Shown here one piece after another: positions 53,528 to 63,586 of a stretch of 64,000 bases of DNA. A model generated the notes under the pieces. It did no database searches. It was not told where the DNA came from and saw only the letters and a program-made list of their open reading frames with translations. The stretch spans positions 186,001-250,000 of the IMG/VR virus record IMGVR_UViG_3300048591_000147, one strand, 5' to 3'. Numbering within the stretch: position 1 is the stretch's first letter; every line of letters starts with the position of its first letter. Both the position numbers and the translations under genes were made by a program.

Positions 53528-54931
53528 ATGAATGAAAATCAAATATTAGGTGAAGGCTGGCAGGAAACTAAGAGTGCCCTTCTTGAAGGTCTATCACAAT
53601 CAAAAAGAGAAATCACAGAAAAGGTTCTAGATAATACACGTTTGTATTTAACTGGTGGATTAACTGAAACTGCTGCTGCTGGTGCGATTGTTGCAAATGA
53701 CATTGCAGGCTTCCGTAAGACTCTATTACCGTTGATTCGCCGTATTATCCCCGGTACTATTGCTACAGAAATCGTCGGTGTTCAGCCAATGTCTGGCCCA
53801 GTAGCTCAAGTGTTTTCAATGAAATACACTTATGGCGAAGATATGACTCATGATCCATCTCGTTCTCAGTTCGGCGGATTTAATATCTCTGCTGGCGACG
53901 AAGCGTTTGGTAATGCTAGCCCAATTCGTCAGTTTTATGCTGGTAATACTGGTGCTGCACAAGATGCAGGTGCTTCTGGTATAGGTTACACTGGTGCACA
54001 ACCAACTGATATCGATGCAGCTACTGCTGACGGTGCAGGTTGGGGAGCAACATTAGATTCAACTACTTATACTTCCGGTACTACATTGTACGGTGAAGCT
54101 GTTGGTGGTAGTCTGTACGGTGGTTCCGGTTCCTTCCTAGAAGGTTCTGCTGGTCGTAAGATGGGCCTACAGTTGAAATCTCAGGCTGTTGAAGCCAAGA
54201 GCCGTAAACTACAGGCTGGTTGGACAATCGAAGCGATGCAGGATGCGAGAAACATGCATGGTATCAATATCGAAAATGAAATGACTAAAGCCTTATCCGC
54301 TGAAATCGTTCAGGAAATCGACGCTGAAATCATCAATGATCTATTAGCATTGGCTGGTACTTTGAGAACTTTCGATTTCGCAGCAACTTCAGCACCTAAC
54401 TATGCTCCGGCATTCGTTGGTGATCGTTTCTCACACGTTGGTGTAAGAATCGGTGAAGTAGCGAACGTTATCGCACGTAAGACTCGTAGAGGTCCGGGTA
54501 ATTTCGTGGTTGTTTCACCAATGATCGTGTCTGTTCTACAGACTGCTGCTAAGGCTGTATTCGCACCAGCGGTTGAAGGTTCATTCAAGGGTCCAAACAA
54601 CAACATGTTGGTTGGTACTTTAAACGGTTCTATCAAGGTTTATTCATACTTGTGGAATCAGGCTGAACCGGGTTCTTCAGACCCAGCAGGATCTGACAAG
54701 ATTCTAGTTGGTTTGAAATCAGGTAATGGTGAAACTGATGCAGGTTATTTCTACTGCCCATATGTGCCTGTAATGAGCAGCGGAGTTGTTGTTAACCCTG
54801 TTACAATGCAGCCAGTGGTTGGTTTGATGACTCGCTACGGTAAAGCAACATTCACTGATCCTACCATTTCACTAGGTAACTCATCAGATTACTACGGACG
54901 TGTTAACGTTGTTAACCTAGAGTTCGTGTAA
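53528..54931 (+). CDS. Major capsid protein (gp23-like)
   Basis: GVQPMSGP, VEAKSRKLQAGWTIEAMQD, EIDAEII, TRRGPGN, DAGYFYCPYVP, MTRYG. Confidence 0.97.
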   Translation: MNENQILGEGWQETKSALLEGLSQSKREITEKVLDNTRLYLTGGLTETAAAGAIVANDIAGFRKTLLPLIRRIIPGTIATEIVGVQPMSGPVAQVFSMKYTYGEDMTHDPSRSQFGGFNISAGDEAFGNASPIRQFYAGNTGAAQDAGASGIGYTGAQPTDIDAATADGAGWGATLDSTTYTSGTTLYGEAVGGSLYGGSGSFLEGSAGRKMGLQLKSQAVEAKSRKLQAGWTIEAMQDARNMHGINIENEMTKALSAEIVQEIDAEIINDLLALAGTLRTFDFAATSAPNYAPAFVGDRFSHVGVRIGEVANVIARKTRRGPGNFVVVSPMIVSVLQTAAKAVFAPAVEGSFKGPNNNMLVGTLNGSIKVYSYLWNQAEPGSSDPAGSDKILVGLKSGNGETDAGYFYCPYVPVMSSGVVVNPVTMQPVVGLMTRYGKATFTDPTISLGNSSDYYGRVNVVNLEFV

Positions 54932-54955
54932 TAATATCGTAAAAAGAGGTAAAAC

Positions 54956-54983
54956 AAAAAGGGGACCGTATGGTCCCCTTTTT
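54956..54983 (+). terminator. Intrinsic terminator after the capsid gene
   Basis: AAAAAGGGGACC-gtat-GGTCCCCTTTTT. Confidence 0.9.
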
Positions 54984-55028
54984 CATTTGTGGAAATAAAA
55001 ATATAAATATGTAAAAAGACCTAATTAA

Positions 55029-55664
55029 ATGAAAAGATTTATTCAATATCTCCAAGAAGCACCATTACCAGAAGATTGGGATGCTGCGATATATTCAGAA
55101 AGAGTCCCATTCGCTCAACGTATAAGATACGCTAAAGCAAAAGCCAAACAACTTGGTGCAGGTTCATCAAGAGTCGCATTCGAGATTCCATACCAAGGCA
55201 GACGAACGGTATTAAAAATTGCCAAGAATAATAAAGGCATGGCACAAAATGCTGAAGAGGCATCAGCGTTATCCGATTGGTATCTGAAGGGGCTAAATCT
55301 AACAATCCCATTAATAGATTATGACGAACAAACTGACAGTCCAACATGGATTCATACGGAGTTTGCTACCAAGGCTAAAAATTCTGATTTTAAGAAAGCT
55401 ACTGGTGCACCACTATATGATTTTGTTATGTACTGTGTTAGACAAAGCGGAAGAGAGCGTAGCGGTAGTAATAAACCAGAAGATTATGGGATAGATCCAG
55501 ATAGCGAATTGGTCCAGAACTTTACAGATTACGTAGGTAACTATACACATCATCCGTGGGTGGAATATACTAATTTAAGAAATTGGGGGATTTATCAGGG
55601 TAATCCAGTAATAATCGATATTGGGCTAACTCAAGATATATGGAATGATCATTATAAACGTTGA
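55029..55664 (+). CDS. Protein-kinase-fold late protein
   Basis: LGAGSSRVAF Gly loop, VLKIA, QNAEE, NWG, VIIDIGL; TATAAATA at 55002. Confidence 0.65.
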   Translation: MKRFIQYLQEAPLPEDWDAAIYSERVPFAQRIRYAKAKAKQLGAGSSRVAFEIPYQGRRTVLKIAKNNKGMAQNAEEASALSDWYLKGLNLTIPLIDYDEQTDSPTWIHTEFATKAKNSDFKKATGAPLYDFVMYCVRQSGRERSGSNKPEDYGIDPDSELVQNFTDYVGNYTHHPWVEYTNLRNWGIYQGNPVIIDIGLTQDIWNDHYKR

Positions 55665-55701
55665 TCAATAAATACTACTATAAGAACAACGAGGAATATT
55701 A

Positions 55702-56130
55702 ATGAGTTTCATAGTACTAGAGCGGTTTGCATACACACCATTTGGCACATTCGGTAGATTGGTCTACAACGACTTCAGAGCGTTTTCTGTTGAACTGCCA
55801 TGGGCCGATAACAAACCTAGAGTATCATGCATCCCAGAGGGCAAATACACGGTTAAGTGGTACGATTCACCAACGTTTGGCAAGACGTTAGCAGTGATTG
55901 GTGACACAGTTAGTTTATTTCCTAATAATACACATCAACGGTCAGCAATTCTATTCCACAAAGCAAACACAATGGATGACTTATTGGGATGTATAGGATT
56001 GGGTAAATCATTAGGATACATAAATGGTAAGTGGGCAGTTACGAGTAGTACGCCAGCCATTACAGAATTTTTAAATCTGAAAATACCTGATAACACCACA
56101 TTATTCATTAAACAATTTTTAATCTCATAA
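55702..56130 (+). CDS. DUF5675-family protein (L,D-peptidase-like; candidate endolysin)
   Basis: T.G.L, ELPW.DN...SCIPEG.Y, ILFHKAN....LGCI.LG. Confidence 0.8.
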   Translation: MSFIVLERFAYTPFGTFGRLVYNDFRAFSVELPWADNKPRVSCIPEGKYTVKWYDSPTFGKTLAVIGDTVSLFPNNTHQRSAILFHKANTMDDLLGCIGLGKSLGYINGKWAVTSSTPAITEFLNLKIPDNTTLFIKQFLIS

Positions 56131-56147
56131 ATAATTATATAATTACT

Positions 56148-56471
56148 ATGGAATCTAAAATGCGTTTATCATTCTCGGAATATGTAGAGTCAAAAAACAT
56201 TTTAAAAATGGCAGTGGAAGACGCTCCGAAACATATGCAAGTGTTTAACGTCACCAAATATTGCAAGATACCAGTGCATGAAGATATCAAATCTAATTCC
56301 AAAGCATATGTTGGATTAAAGCCCAAAGACTCTGTCCAAGTGATATGGGAAACACACGAACAACAAATGATCGTAAGGTATATAATAATCAACGAAGAAT
56401 ACAATTATTTCCCCACATGGACGAATAAAAAGTTTTGCAACTGGTTGACCCTCAACTGTAAAGTCATATAA
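56148..56471 (+). CDS. Hypothetical late protein
   Basis: ATAAATA at 56127; MRLSFSEYVE near the N-terminus. Confidence 0.65.
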   Translation: MESKMRLSFSEYVESKNILKMAVEDAPKHMQVFNVTKYCKIPVHEDIKSNSKAYVGLKPKDSVQVIWETHEQQMIVRYIIINEEYNYFPTWTNKKFCNWLTLNCKVI

Positions 56472-56520
56472 TACCTGAAATTAATTACCTATTAAATAAA
56501 TAGTTAAAAGGTGATTTTTC

Positions 56521-57171
56521 ATGGAAAATATTTTAAATTTCGTAGTATCTTATGGATGGGGTGCTTTTTTAATTATATGTGTTTTCTTTATGACATACGT
56601 ATTAGTATTTAAAGATAAAGTACTTCAAGATGTGTTTACTAAAGAGCGCGTGGATTCCGATATAAAATTCCATTCGTTCTTTCGCCACGCTCAATACCGT
56701 ATGATGGTTGAGCTTCCAGCGTTAACATTATGTCCAGACAAACCAGTGAAACAGGGGATGTTTATCGACCTGTTACAGGTGGCGACTAAGTGCACGTATG
56801 ATACGTGTCTGAACGTTGTTAGCATGGACATGTCTCATTGGGATTCAAATAGATGGGCTAGTGAGATTTCCACTGCGATGGCCAACAACTTTAAGTCGTG
56901 GAATGACCAAGCTACCAAGATGTCTATACCACCAATCGTCATTAATAAATTTATGGTATGGTGTACTCCAACTATAACAATGGTGGGTGAATATATAACC
57001 GCTTTGGCAGATTCCAAGATATATAGTGACAATCTAACCAGAACAAATACACTATTACTGATAATGAATCTATTATTGATTAATATTATTACTGATGCAG
57101 AGAGAACATTGCGAGATATCAATGGTGACCTTGACGGTGTGCTATATAAAGGTGAACCGATAGAGCATTGA
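56521..57171 (+). CDS. Membrane-anchored protein (candidate holin)
   Basis: Single N-terminal TM helix plus soluble domain; late motif at 56496. Confidence 0.55.
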   Translation: MENILNFVVSYGWGAFLIICVFFMTYVLVFKDKVLQDVFTKERVDSDIKFHSFFRHAQYRMMVELPALTLCPDKPVKQGMFIDLLQVATKCTYDTCLNVVSMDMSHWDSNRWASEISTAMANNFKSWNDQATKMSIPPIVINKFMVWCTPTITMVGEYITALADSKIYSDNLTRTNTLLLIMNLLLINIITDAERTLRDINGDLDGVLYKGEPIEH

Positions 57172-57209
57172 TCGGATAAATATTATTACTCAAAATAAGG
57201 TTGAAATAG

Positions 57210-60128
57210 ATGGGCGTATATGATGGATTTGCTGATTCACCAAATCAGATAATAAAAGAAGGCCGCGAGATTACTATTAATTTCGAGAGAGGCGCTAACA
57301 ATACCGGAATTGTTACATGGAATGTCCCAGCACCGGCTGCCGGATGTGGTAGTGATGCACCGGGTACATATGACGGTATCGTTATTACTGTAAGTAGTGG
57401 TCCAGCTAATTATCTAAGTACATCGCCAAAAGATAGTTTTTATTATTCTTATGATCCAACTGTCGATCCTAATTTACACAGTGCGGATAAACTTGACACG
57501 GCAATGGTCATTGGTGCGTTTTATCATGATAGAACAACTACTAGATTAGTAATTAATGATGTACAACAGCGAACACCATATTACATTTCTGGTTATGCAG
57601 TGGATAAAGTCGGCAGATACCACAGAGAGGGGGTGCACGCATATTCTTTACCAACTGGTGAACAAGAGATCGGTACACCAGATATAAAGGCATATCATGA
57701 TGTAGTTATCGATGTAGTGGGTGGTATAAGACCCTCGCTAAAGACTGGACTGCCTCACAGAAACTTCAACGAAAAACTCAACATCAATGATGTTGAATAC
57801 AGTATAACTGTGAATGGATCTGAAGCTATTACATATGCGGAATTAGTGAAGACAATAAACAAGAAGATCGCTCTGTTGGAAAACCCAATATTAAGTGCGC
57901 CATATCCTTTTGCTGGTGATTTGTATTTAGACAAAGCTAACAAAAAATTACATAGATGGACGGGGTTGACACATGAAGAGGTTCCATTAACAGTCTCTAT
58001 AACCGATCCATCTATACCAGCTATCGGTACGTATTGGACAGATAAGGACGATGGTATTTTATACCTATATGACTCTTCTGGATGGGTTGTAGTTGACACT
58101 ATTAATTTCTCTGCACAGCCAGACCAATTAGCATGTGGTCAGGTATGGTTTGATGGCGTTGACGCATGGCAGTGGGATGGTAATCATTGGTGTAAGCTAT
58201 GTGTTTATAACCAGATTAGAAATCCTTTACTACCACCATTACTAACATGTAATACTTATTGGTTCGATTCTGATGGACAATTATTTTACAGATGGAATGT
58301 AAATGTAAAAAAATGGGATGAAAAATTAATAATTCTTTCAGACAAAGATCCCAACACCCTAAACACTGGCGATTTCTGGTTCAACGAAACAGAAAGTAAG
58401 GTTTATGAATATGTTGGCGCGGCATGGGGGTTATTAACATCCATAAAATACGCTGAAAGAAACTCAGAAGGTGAACTAGATAATCCCGGCGTCAATGTAT
58501 TCTGGTTCATACCATCAGAAAGTTTATTGTTTAGAAGAGACAACGAAGATTTGGAATGGATCGAACAACCATTTACGTCATATCCTACAGACCCGCTAGA
58601 TAGAAAATCATGTGATATGTGGTGGAATACCACAAGCACCAATGACATTTATGCGTGGGATGAACTTAACTCACAATGGGTTAATGTAGAAGAGTTTTTT
58701 AATCAGCCAATCGATCCTATGATTGCGCCGACATTACCAGCGTGCGCTGTTTGGTATAACCCATCTAATAATACGATTAAAATTGTAAAAGATTCTCGCT
58801 GTGACGATATAAAATATATATCACACTCACACGATCCAGATAATTTACCATTAGGATCTGTTTGGTTTGATGGTGTGTTGTATTTTGTGTATGACGGTAG
58901 AGACTGGGTACGCATCAATCCTATTCAAAGTAATGAAGATCCATTTCAGGTGGATGTTGGCGAATACTGGTACAACCCTAACACACAAATTCTTTATATT
59001 TGGGATGGGCTTGTATGGTCTGTGGTAACACCAAAATATGTTCCAGTGACACCATTAGTTAATACTTTGTGGTATAATTTGATTGATGAAAAATTATATA
59101 CATGGACTGGTACTAGATGGGCAGAAAAGTTATCATTGGGATATGTTGAATTGATCCCAGCTACCAAAAAAGACGGTCGTTCAATACTTAAATTCTTAAC
59201 CAGAGATGCTGGCTGTCAATATGGTATTTTTGTCGTACAAGAGAATGACGATTTATTATCTAATTTAACGCAGAATGTAATTTATTATGAGCCTGTAGAA
59301 GGCGGTTCTGGGTTAGTTGCTGGGCCAACGTATTCACAACTTGGTATAGGCGATGATGGTTCTCCAGATGAAAGAAGAGATTTACACAACATAATTCGCA
59401 GTTTCCTTGGGGCTGGTTCCGTGAAAGTTGAATTGAAGAAAGACGATATCGACCAATGTATTAATAATGCATTAAGAGAGCTTAGAAAATATTCTGGCGC
59501 GGCATATAAGCGCGGCTTTTTCTTCTTAGATTTGAAGAGAAACCAACAGACGTATATATTAACTAATAAATGCGTAGGATTTAATAAAATAGTTGATGTA
59601 TTAAACACCCATAGAATGCGTGCAGGCTGGTTGCGGACATCTAATATGGGTCAAGATGTGTTTGCGTATGCAGCGCTACAACAACTTTATTCTCTCGGCA
59701 CGTTTGATATATTGACTTTTCATTTAGTTTCAGCGTACATTGAAGAACTTGAAACATTGTTCGCTTCAAAAATATTGTTCAATTGGGACGAACGTACCAG
59801 AGAATTAAAGTTGTATCAGATGGTCGCACAGAATGAAAGAATATTGATTGATGCTACTCTGGAGCGTACTGAACAAGAGTTATTAGTTGATAGAGAAACA
59901 GGCTTATGGATTCAGCGCTGGGCGGTAGCAGAAGCTAAGCAGATATTGTCTCAGATCAGAGGCAAGTTCCAAACTCTTCCGGGACCAAGTGGAAGTACCA
60001 CACTGAACAGTCAGGAATTAATAACACAAGCAGAATCAGAGAAACAGGAATTGCGAGCAATGTTGTTGGATAACTCAATGCAAAATATTGACGATTATGG
60101 TGCGGCAGTACATTTGGTGATAGGATAA
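57210..60128 (+). CDS. Neck protein (gp13-like) with a large N-terminal Trp-rich repeat extension
   Basis: C-terminal LGA..VKVEL, A.AK..L..IRGKF..LPGP.G...LN..EL; repeated G..W.D...LY.W...W units. Confidence 0.85.
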   Translation: MGVYDGFADSPNQIIKEGREITINFERGANNTGIVTWNVPAPAAGCGSDAPGTYDGIVITVSSGPANYLSTSPKDSFYYSYDPTVDPNLHSADKLDTAMVIGAFYHDRTTTRLVINDVQQRTPYYISGYAVDKVGRYHREGVHAYSLPTGEQEIGTPDIKAYHDVVIDVVGGIRPSLKTGLPHRNFNEKLNINDVEYSITVNGSEAITYAELVKTINKKIALLENPILSAPYPFAGDLYLDKANKKLHRWTGLTHEEVPLTVSITDPSIPAIGTYWTDKDDGILYLYDSSGWVVVDTINFSAQPDQLACGQVWFDGVDAWQWDGNHWCKLCVYNQIRNPLLPPLLTCNTYWFDSDGQLFYRWNVNVKKWDEKLIILSDKDPNTLNTGDFWFNETESKVYEYVGAAWGLLTSIKYAERNSEGELDNPGVNVFWFIPSESLLFRRDNEDLEWIEQPFTSYPTDPLDRKSCDMWWNTTSTNDIYAWDELNSQWVNVEEFFNQPIDPMIAPTLPACAVWYNPSNNTIKIVKDSRCDDIKYISHSHDPDNLPLGSVWFDGVLYFVYDGRDWVRINPIQSNEDPFQVDVGEYWYNPNTQILYIWDGLVWSVVTPKYVPVTPLVNTLWYNLIDEKLYTWTGTRWAEKLSLGYVELIPATKKDGRSILKFLTRDAGCQYGIFVVQENDDLLSNLTQNVIYYEPVEGGSGLVAGPTYSQLGIGDDGSPDERRDLHNIIRSFLGAGSVKVELKKDDIDQCINNALRELRKYSGAAYKRGFFFLDLKRNQQTYILTNKCVGFNKIVDVLNTHRMRAGWLRTSNMGQDVFAYAALQQLYSLGTFDILTFHLVSAYIEELETLFASKILFNWDERTRELKLYQMVAQNERILIDATLERTEQELLVDRETGLWIQRWAVAEAKQILSQIRGKFQTLPGPSGSTTLNSQELITQAESEKQELRAMLLDNSMQNIDDYGAAVHLVIG

Positions 60129-60131
60129 TTT

Positions 60132-61868
60132 ATGAGTGATTGCACTACTTGTAACATCCCGCTTGTAGCGACTTTACCGAAGTCTGGTGCTGATTGTGGC
60201 GTAGTTAATGAAGATCCATTAACTACGCCGGGTAATTGCACGCTTGACGAAAATGGCAAACCAGTTACAACCACACCACCGACTTCCTCTGGTAATAATA
60301 GTTGTATTACAACGGCGAATGGTGTGGTTTGCCCGCCTAACAATCTTTGCACCATCTTTGACATATCACAAGGTCCAGAATCATGTTTGATCTCTTCAGT
60401 AATTGAAGAGAGTTTGAACATTGGTGGGGCAGATATAAACGTATACAAATTGCTGGGTGTTCATGAACAGGGCTCATTAATTGATCAAGTTGGTACTGGT
60501 GCCGCCATTGCTAGTAGTTATCTCGGCGGATATGAACCAATCAACGCATTTGATAAGTACATAACAGAATGGCGATCAGCAGAATTTGGTGATGCAGTTA
60601 TAGCAAAATCGTACATCGGGTATGATTTTGGACCTATTAGAATGGAGAATGGTAGACTGCGTTATGGTATAGACACATACGTTAAAAAAGACGTTGCCAC
60701 AATAAAGATCAAGCAAGAATGTTCTACGAATAGAGTTACAAGAGCTAGACTAGAACGTTCAAATGACGGCATCGAATGGTTTGGCGCATCAATTGTGTCA
60801 TTACCAGACTGCGATGGATTGGTAACGATTTCAGTTAGACGTACAGTACCATCAAGATGGTGGAGATTACGCCCGATCACATTCAAGGGTGGAGCAAATG
60901 ATTATTGGGCGGTGCAAGCATTACAATTGATTGATTACGAAGAGACTCATATTTACAATATACAAGACAGAATTCTTTTAGAAAATAGAGATATAGAATA
61001 TGCGTTGGCACCAATCAAGATGAAGGCGCAATATACACCACCAGACGTCCGTAGCACATCCTCTAAATGGGGTATGTTGTTCGATGAGAATGAGTTTTCA
61101 ATTGAGGTATCGTTCAATCAAGCAGTTGCTAGATTGGGGCGACCTTTTGTTATTGGCGACATATTAGAACTGCCAAGCGAAACACAATACACATCAGAGA
61201 TGCGCCCCGTGTTGAAATATTTGGAAGTTGAAAGTGTGGGTTGGAGCGTTAACGGCTATACGCCAAATTGGAAACCTACCATACAAATGTTAATCTGTAA
61301 GCCAGCTTTAGCAACTCAGGAAACTCAGGACATCTTCGGTAAATTAACTCAAACCATTGACACATCTGGACTGTCTGATATATTTGATGGTAGTAATACG
61401 AAGTATCAAGATATTGCTAATATATCACAGACCATAAAAGCTGATGCTAATACAATGGTCCCAGAAGAAGGAATTGATTACTCTGAGGTTTCCGTTCTTT
61501 CCAAAGAACTATTAGAGTATAGTAAGAGCCATCCATTTATGAATCTGGAGAAGCTTGGTCGTAATAGACATCCTTTAGGGGTTGACGCAATGCCACCAAA
61601 TGGTGCACCATATACACAAGGTGATGCGTTTCCAGATACGCCAGTAAATGGCGATTATCATAGATTAACATACACGCAATTAGGTAACAACATAGCGGCA
61701 AGGTTGCACAGATGGTCATCGGCAAAAAGGCAGTGGATTTACTTAGAACAAGACAGTAGATCTCAGATAAAGAACGCCAGAACGGTCGTTGAAGAATTCA
61801 AGGCACCATCGTTATTCAAATCTAAAGCGGTATCTACGTCTGAAGTGGATGAAAACGTAAAGCCGTAA
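60132..61868 (+). CDS. Neck / head-closure protein (gp14-like) with an inserted discoidin-like domain
   Basis: E.LNIGG..INVYKLLG, IQD.ILLENRD..Y, LGRP..IGDILELP; insert AFD...TEW...YIGYDFG...LERSNDG..W...RWWRL. Confidence 0.75.
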   Translation: MSDCTTCNIPLVATLPKSGADCGVVNEDPLTTPGNCTLDENGKPVTTTPPTSSGNNSCITTANGVVCPPNNLCTIFDISQGPESCLISSVIEESLNIGGADINVYKLLGVHEQGSLIDQVGTGAAIASSYLGGYEPINAFDKYITEWRSAEFGDAVIAKSYIGYDFGPIRMENGRLRYGIDTYVKKDVATIKIKQECSTNRVTRARLERSNDGIEWFGASIVSLPDCDGLVTISVRRTVPSRWWRLRPITFKGGANDYWAVQALQLIDYEETHIYNIQDRILLENRDIEYALAPIKMKAQYTPPDVRSTSSKWGMLFDENEFSIEVSFNQAVARLGRPFVIGDILELPSETQYTSEMRPVLKYLEVESVGWSVNGYTPNWKPTIQMLICKPALATQETQDIFGKLTQTIDTSGLSDIFDGSNTKYQDIANISQTIKADANTMVPEEGIDYSEVSVLSKELLEYSKSHPFMNLEKLGRNRHPLGVDAMPPNGAPYTQGDAFPDTPVNGDYHRLTYTQLGNNIAARLHRWSSAKRQWIYLEQDSRSQIKNARTVVEEFKAPSLFKSKAVSTSEVDENVKP

Positions 61869-61883
61869 CACTCAAGGGGCTAA

Positions 61884-63320
61884 ATGAATATAAAAGAAGA
61901 GAAAATGATCATCCAATACTTATTGGGGTCAAATGATGTGTTTTCTAGATGTATCGCGATAGTTGAACCGGCGTATTTTCATCACACACTAACACCTATT
62001 GTAGCATTTATAAAAAGTTATTACGAAAAATACAATTCTATAGTACCTATAGAAATATTACACGCTAAGTACGACGAAACCTTTCTCATCAAAGAGACTG
62101 CTAGGGGCGAGTACAAGTTTGCATGTGATACGATAGAACTATTCTGTAAACAGCAAGCGTGCGTAAATGCGGTCATGGATTCAATGCCAGAAGTCGAAAA
62201 GGGCAATGTCTCGGTGTTGTATGATAGAGTGATGAAAGCCGTTTCAATCGGTTTGTCTGTTGATCTTGGTTATGACGTTTTTAAAGACTCGGAAAAGATC
62301 TTCGATAAACTTATGAATAGCGCGAAACCATATACAACTGGTATCAAAGCGCTGGACGATAGAATAGCCGGTGGAGGATACAGAAAACAACTAACGTTGT
62401 TCTCAGCTAACTCTGGTGGTGGTAAATCAGTTGTCCTAACCAATCTAGGCGTCAATTACGCTCTACAAGGGCTCTCAGTGCTTTATCTATCGCTAGAGCT
62501 ACCAGAAGATCAGATCTTCCTTAGAGCCGCTTCTATGCTGTCTGGCATAGCAATCAAGACATGGCGCGATAGCATACCACAGTACGTATCATCTTTATTA
62601 CGTAATAGGAATGAAGGTGCTGGCGACTTTATGATAAAGCGCATAAAAGGTGATGCTTGTACCAACGACATCAGGTCTTATATCAAACAATATGAATTAG
62701 AGTTTGGAAAAGTCCCTGACGTGTTGATCGTAGACTATGTGGATAAAATGTCTCCAAATGGAGGAAAGAAACAGATGTCGATTTCCGAACAAGACAAAGA
62801 AAAAACTGAACAACTGGCTGAACTAATATTTGACCTAGACATGATAGGTTTCTCAGCTTCACAGCAGAATAGAGAAGCAATCGGTAATGGTGCACCAACG
62901 CAAGGCGTAATTGCTGGTGGTCTTACGAAGGTGAATACGGTTGACAACTACATCTCAATCTTTATGCCTGAAGATATGAAGCTAAAAGGCGAAATGTTAT
63001 TTTTCTTCCTCAAGACAAGATACTCAGATGGTGTCGGTGAACAAGCTCTACTGAAATACAATTCGTCTACGTTGAAGATTACAGACCTTTCTGGGCCAAT
63101 GACATTGAAGTCAACCCTGAAGGATAGAAAGCGCCAAATAGAAGAGTTGATTTTTGATGGACTTGTCAATAATGGTAGTGTAGAATATGCAGAGAATAAT
63201 CCTATAGTGAAAGAGATTCTTTTCGCAGAATCACCAGAAGTGGTGATTGACGAGTCAATCCCGATATTTAAATCTATATTGGATGATGCATTCGGTATTG
63301 AAGATCAGGTTAGTATTTAA
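61884..63320 (+). CDS. Replicative DNA helicase (gp41/DnaB-like)
   Basis: TTGIKALD...GG, ANSGGGKS, LYLSLEL, IVDYVD, SASQ.NR, LKTR. Confidence 0.95.
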   Translation: MNIKEEKMIIQYLLGSNDVFSRCIAIVEPAYFHHTLTPIVAFIKSYYEKYNSIVPIEILHAKYDETFLIKETARGEYKFACDTIELFCKQQACVNAVMDSMPEVEKGNVSVLYDRVMKAVSIGLSVDLGYDVFKDSEKIFDKLMNSAKPYTTGIKALDDRIAGGGYRKQLTLFSANSGGGKSVVLTNLGVNYALQGLSVLYLSLELPEDQIFLRAASMLSGIAIKTWRDSIPQYVSSLLRNRNEGAGDFMIKRIKGDACTNDIRSYIKQYELEFGKVPDVLIVDYVDKMSPNGGKKQMSISEQDKEKTEQLAELIFDLDMIGFSASQQNREAIGNGAPTQGVIAGGLTKVNTVDNYISIFMPEDMKLKGEMLFFFLKTRYSDGVGEQALLKYNSSTLKITDLSGPMTLKSTLKDRKRQIEELIFDGLVNNGSVEYAENNPIVKEILFAESPEVVIDESIPIFKSILDDAFGIEDQVSI

Positions 63321-63328
63321 GGAGTAAT

Positions 63329-63586
63329 ATGATGTTAGATGTAGAAAAAACAAAGTTCTTGGTGTTAAATGGAAAAAATGTAGCCATTGAAGATTTTCCA
63401 AAAAAGATTCGACAAGAAATTGATCTCTTTGATGACATAAAGACAGATCTGCGAGATGCTGAAAAGCGGGTTAGAATTCTCGTATTAGCGTTAACTGCGC
63501 AAAATTCCAAGGTCGGTCAATTGATTGAACAGTATACGAAATCTTCGGAAGCACCTATATCACCAGCGGCAGAACGAGATGTTTAA
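63329..63586 (+). CDS. Hypothetical protein
   Basis: AAGGAG SD; short coiled coil. Confidence 0.7.
   Translation: MMLDVEKTKFLVLNGKNVAIEDFPKKIRQEIDLFDDIKTDLRDAEKRVRILVLALTAQNSKVGQLIEQYTKSSEAPISPAAERDV

Noticed and set aside
26541-63320. Inteins, introns or homing endonucleases in the helicases, gp46/47, portal or capsid genes
   Set aside because: Lengths and motif spacing look normal, and no LAGLIDADG, HNH, GIY-YIG or intein splice motifs were seen
1568-63510. Numerous 60-170 aa antisense ORFs inside large genes (e.g. 29854-30375, 34531-34956)
   Set aside because: They fully overlap well-supported genes, lack SD or motifs, and are expected antisense shadows
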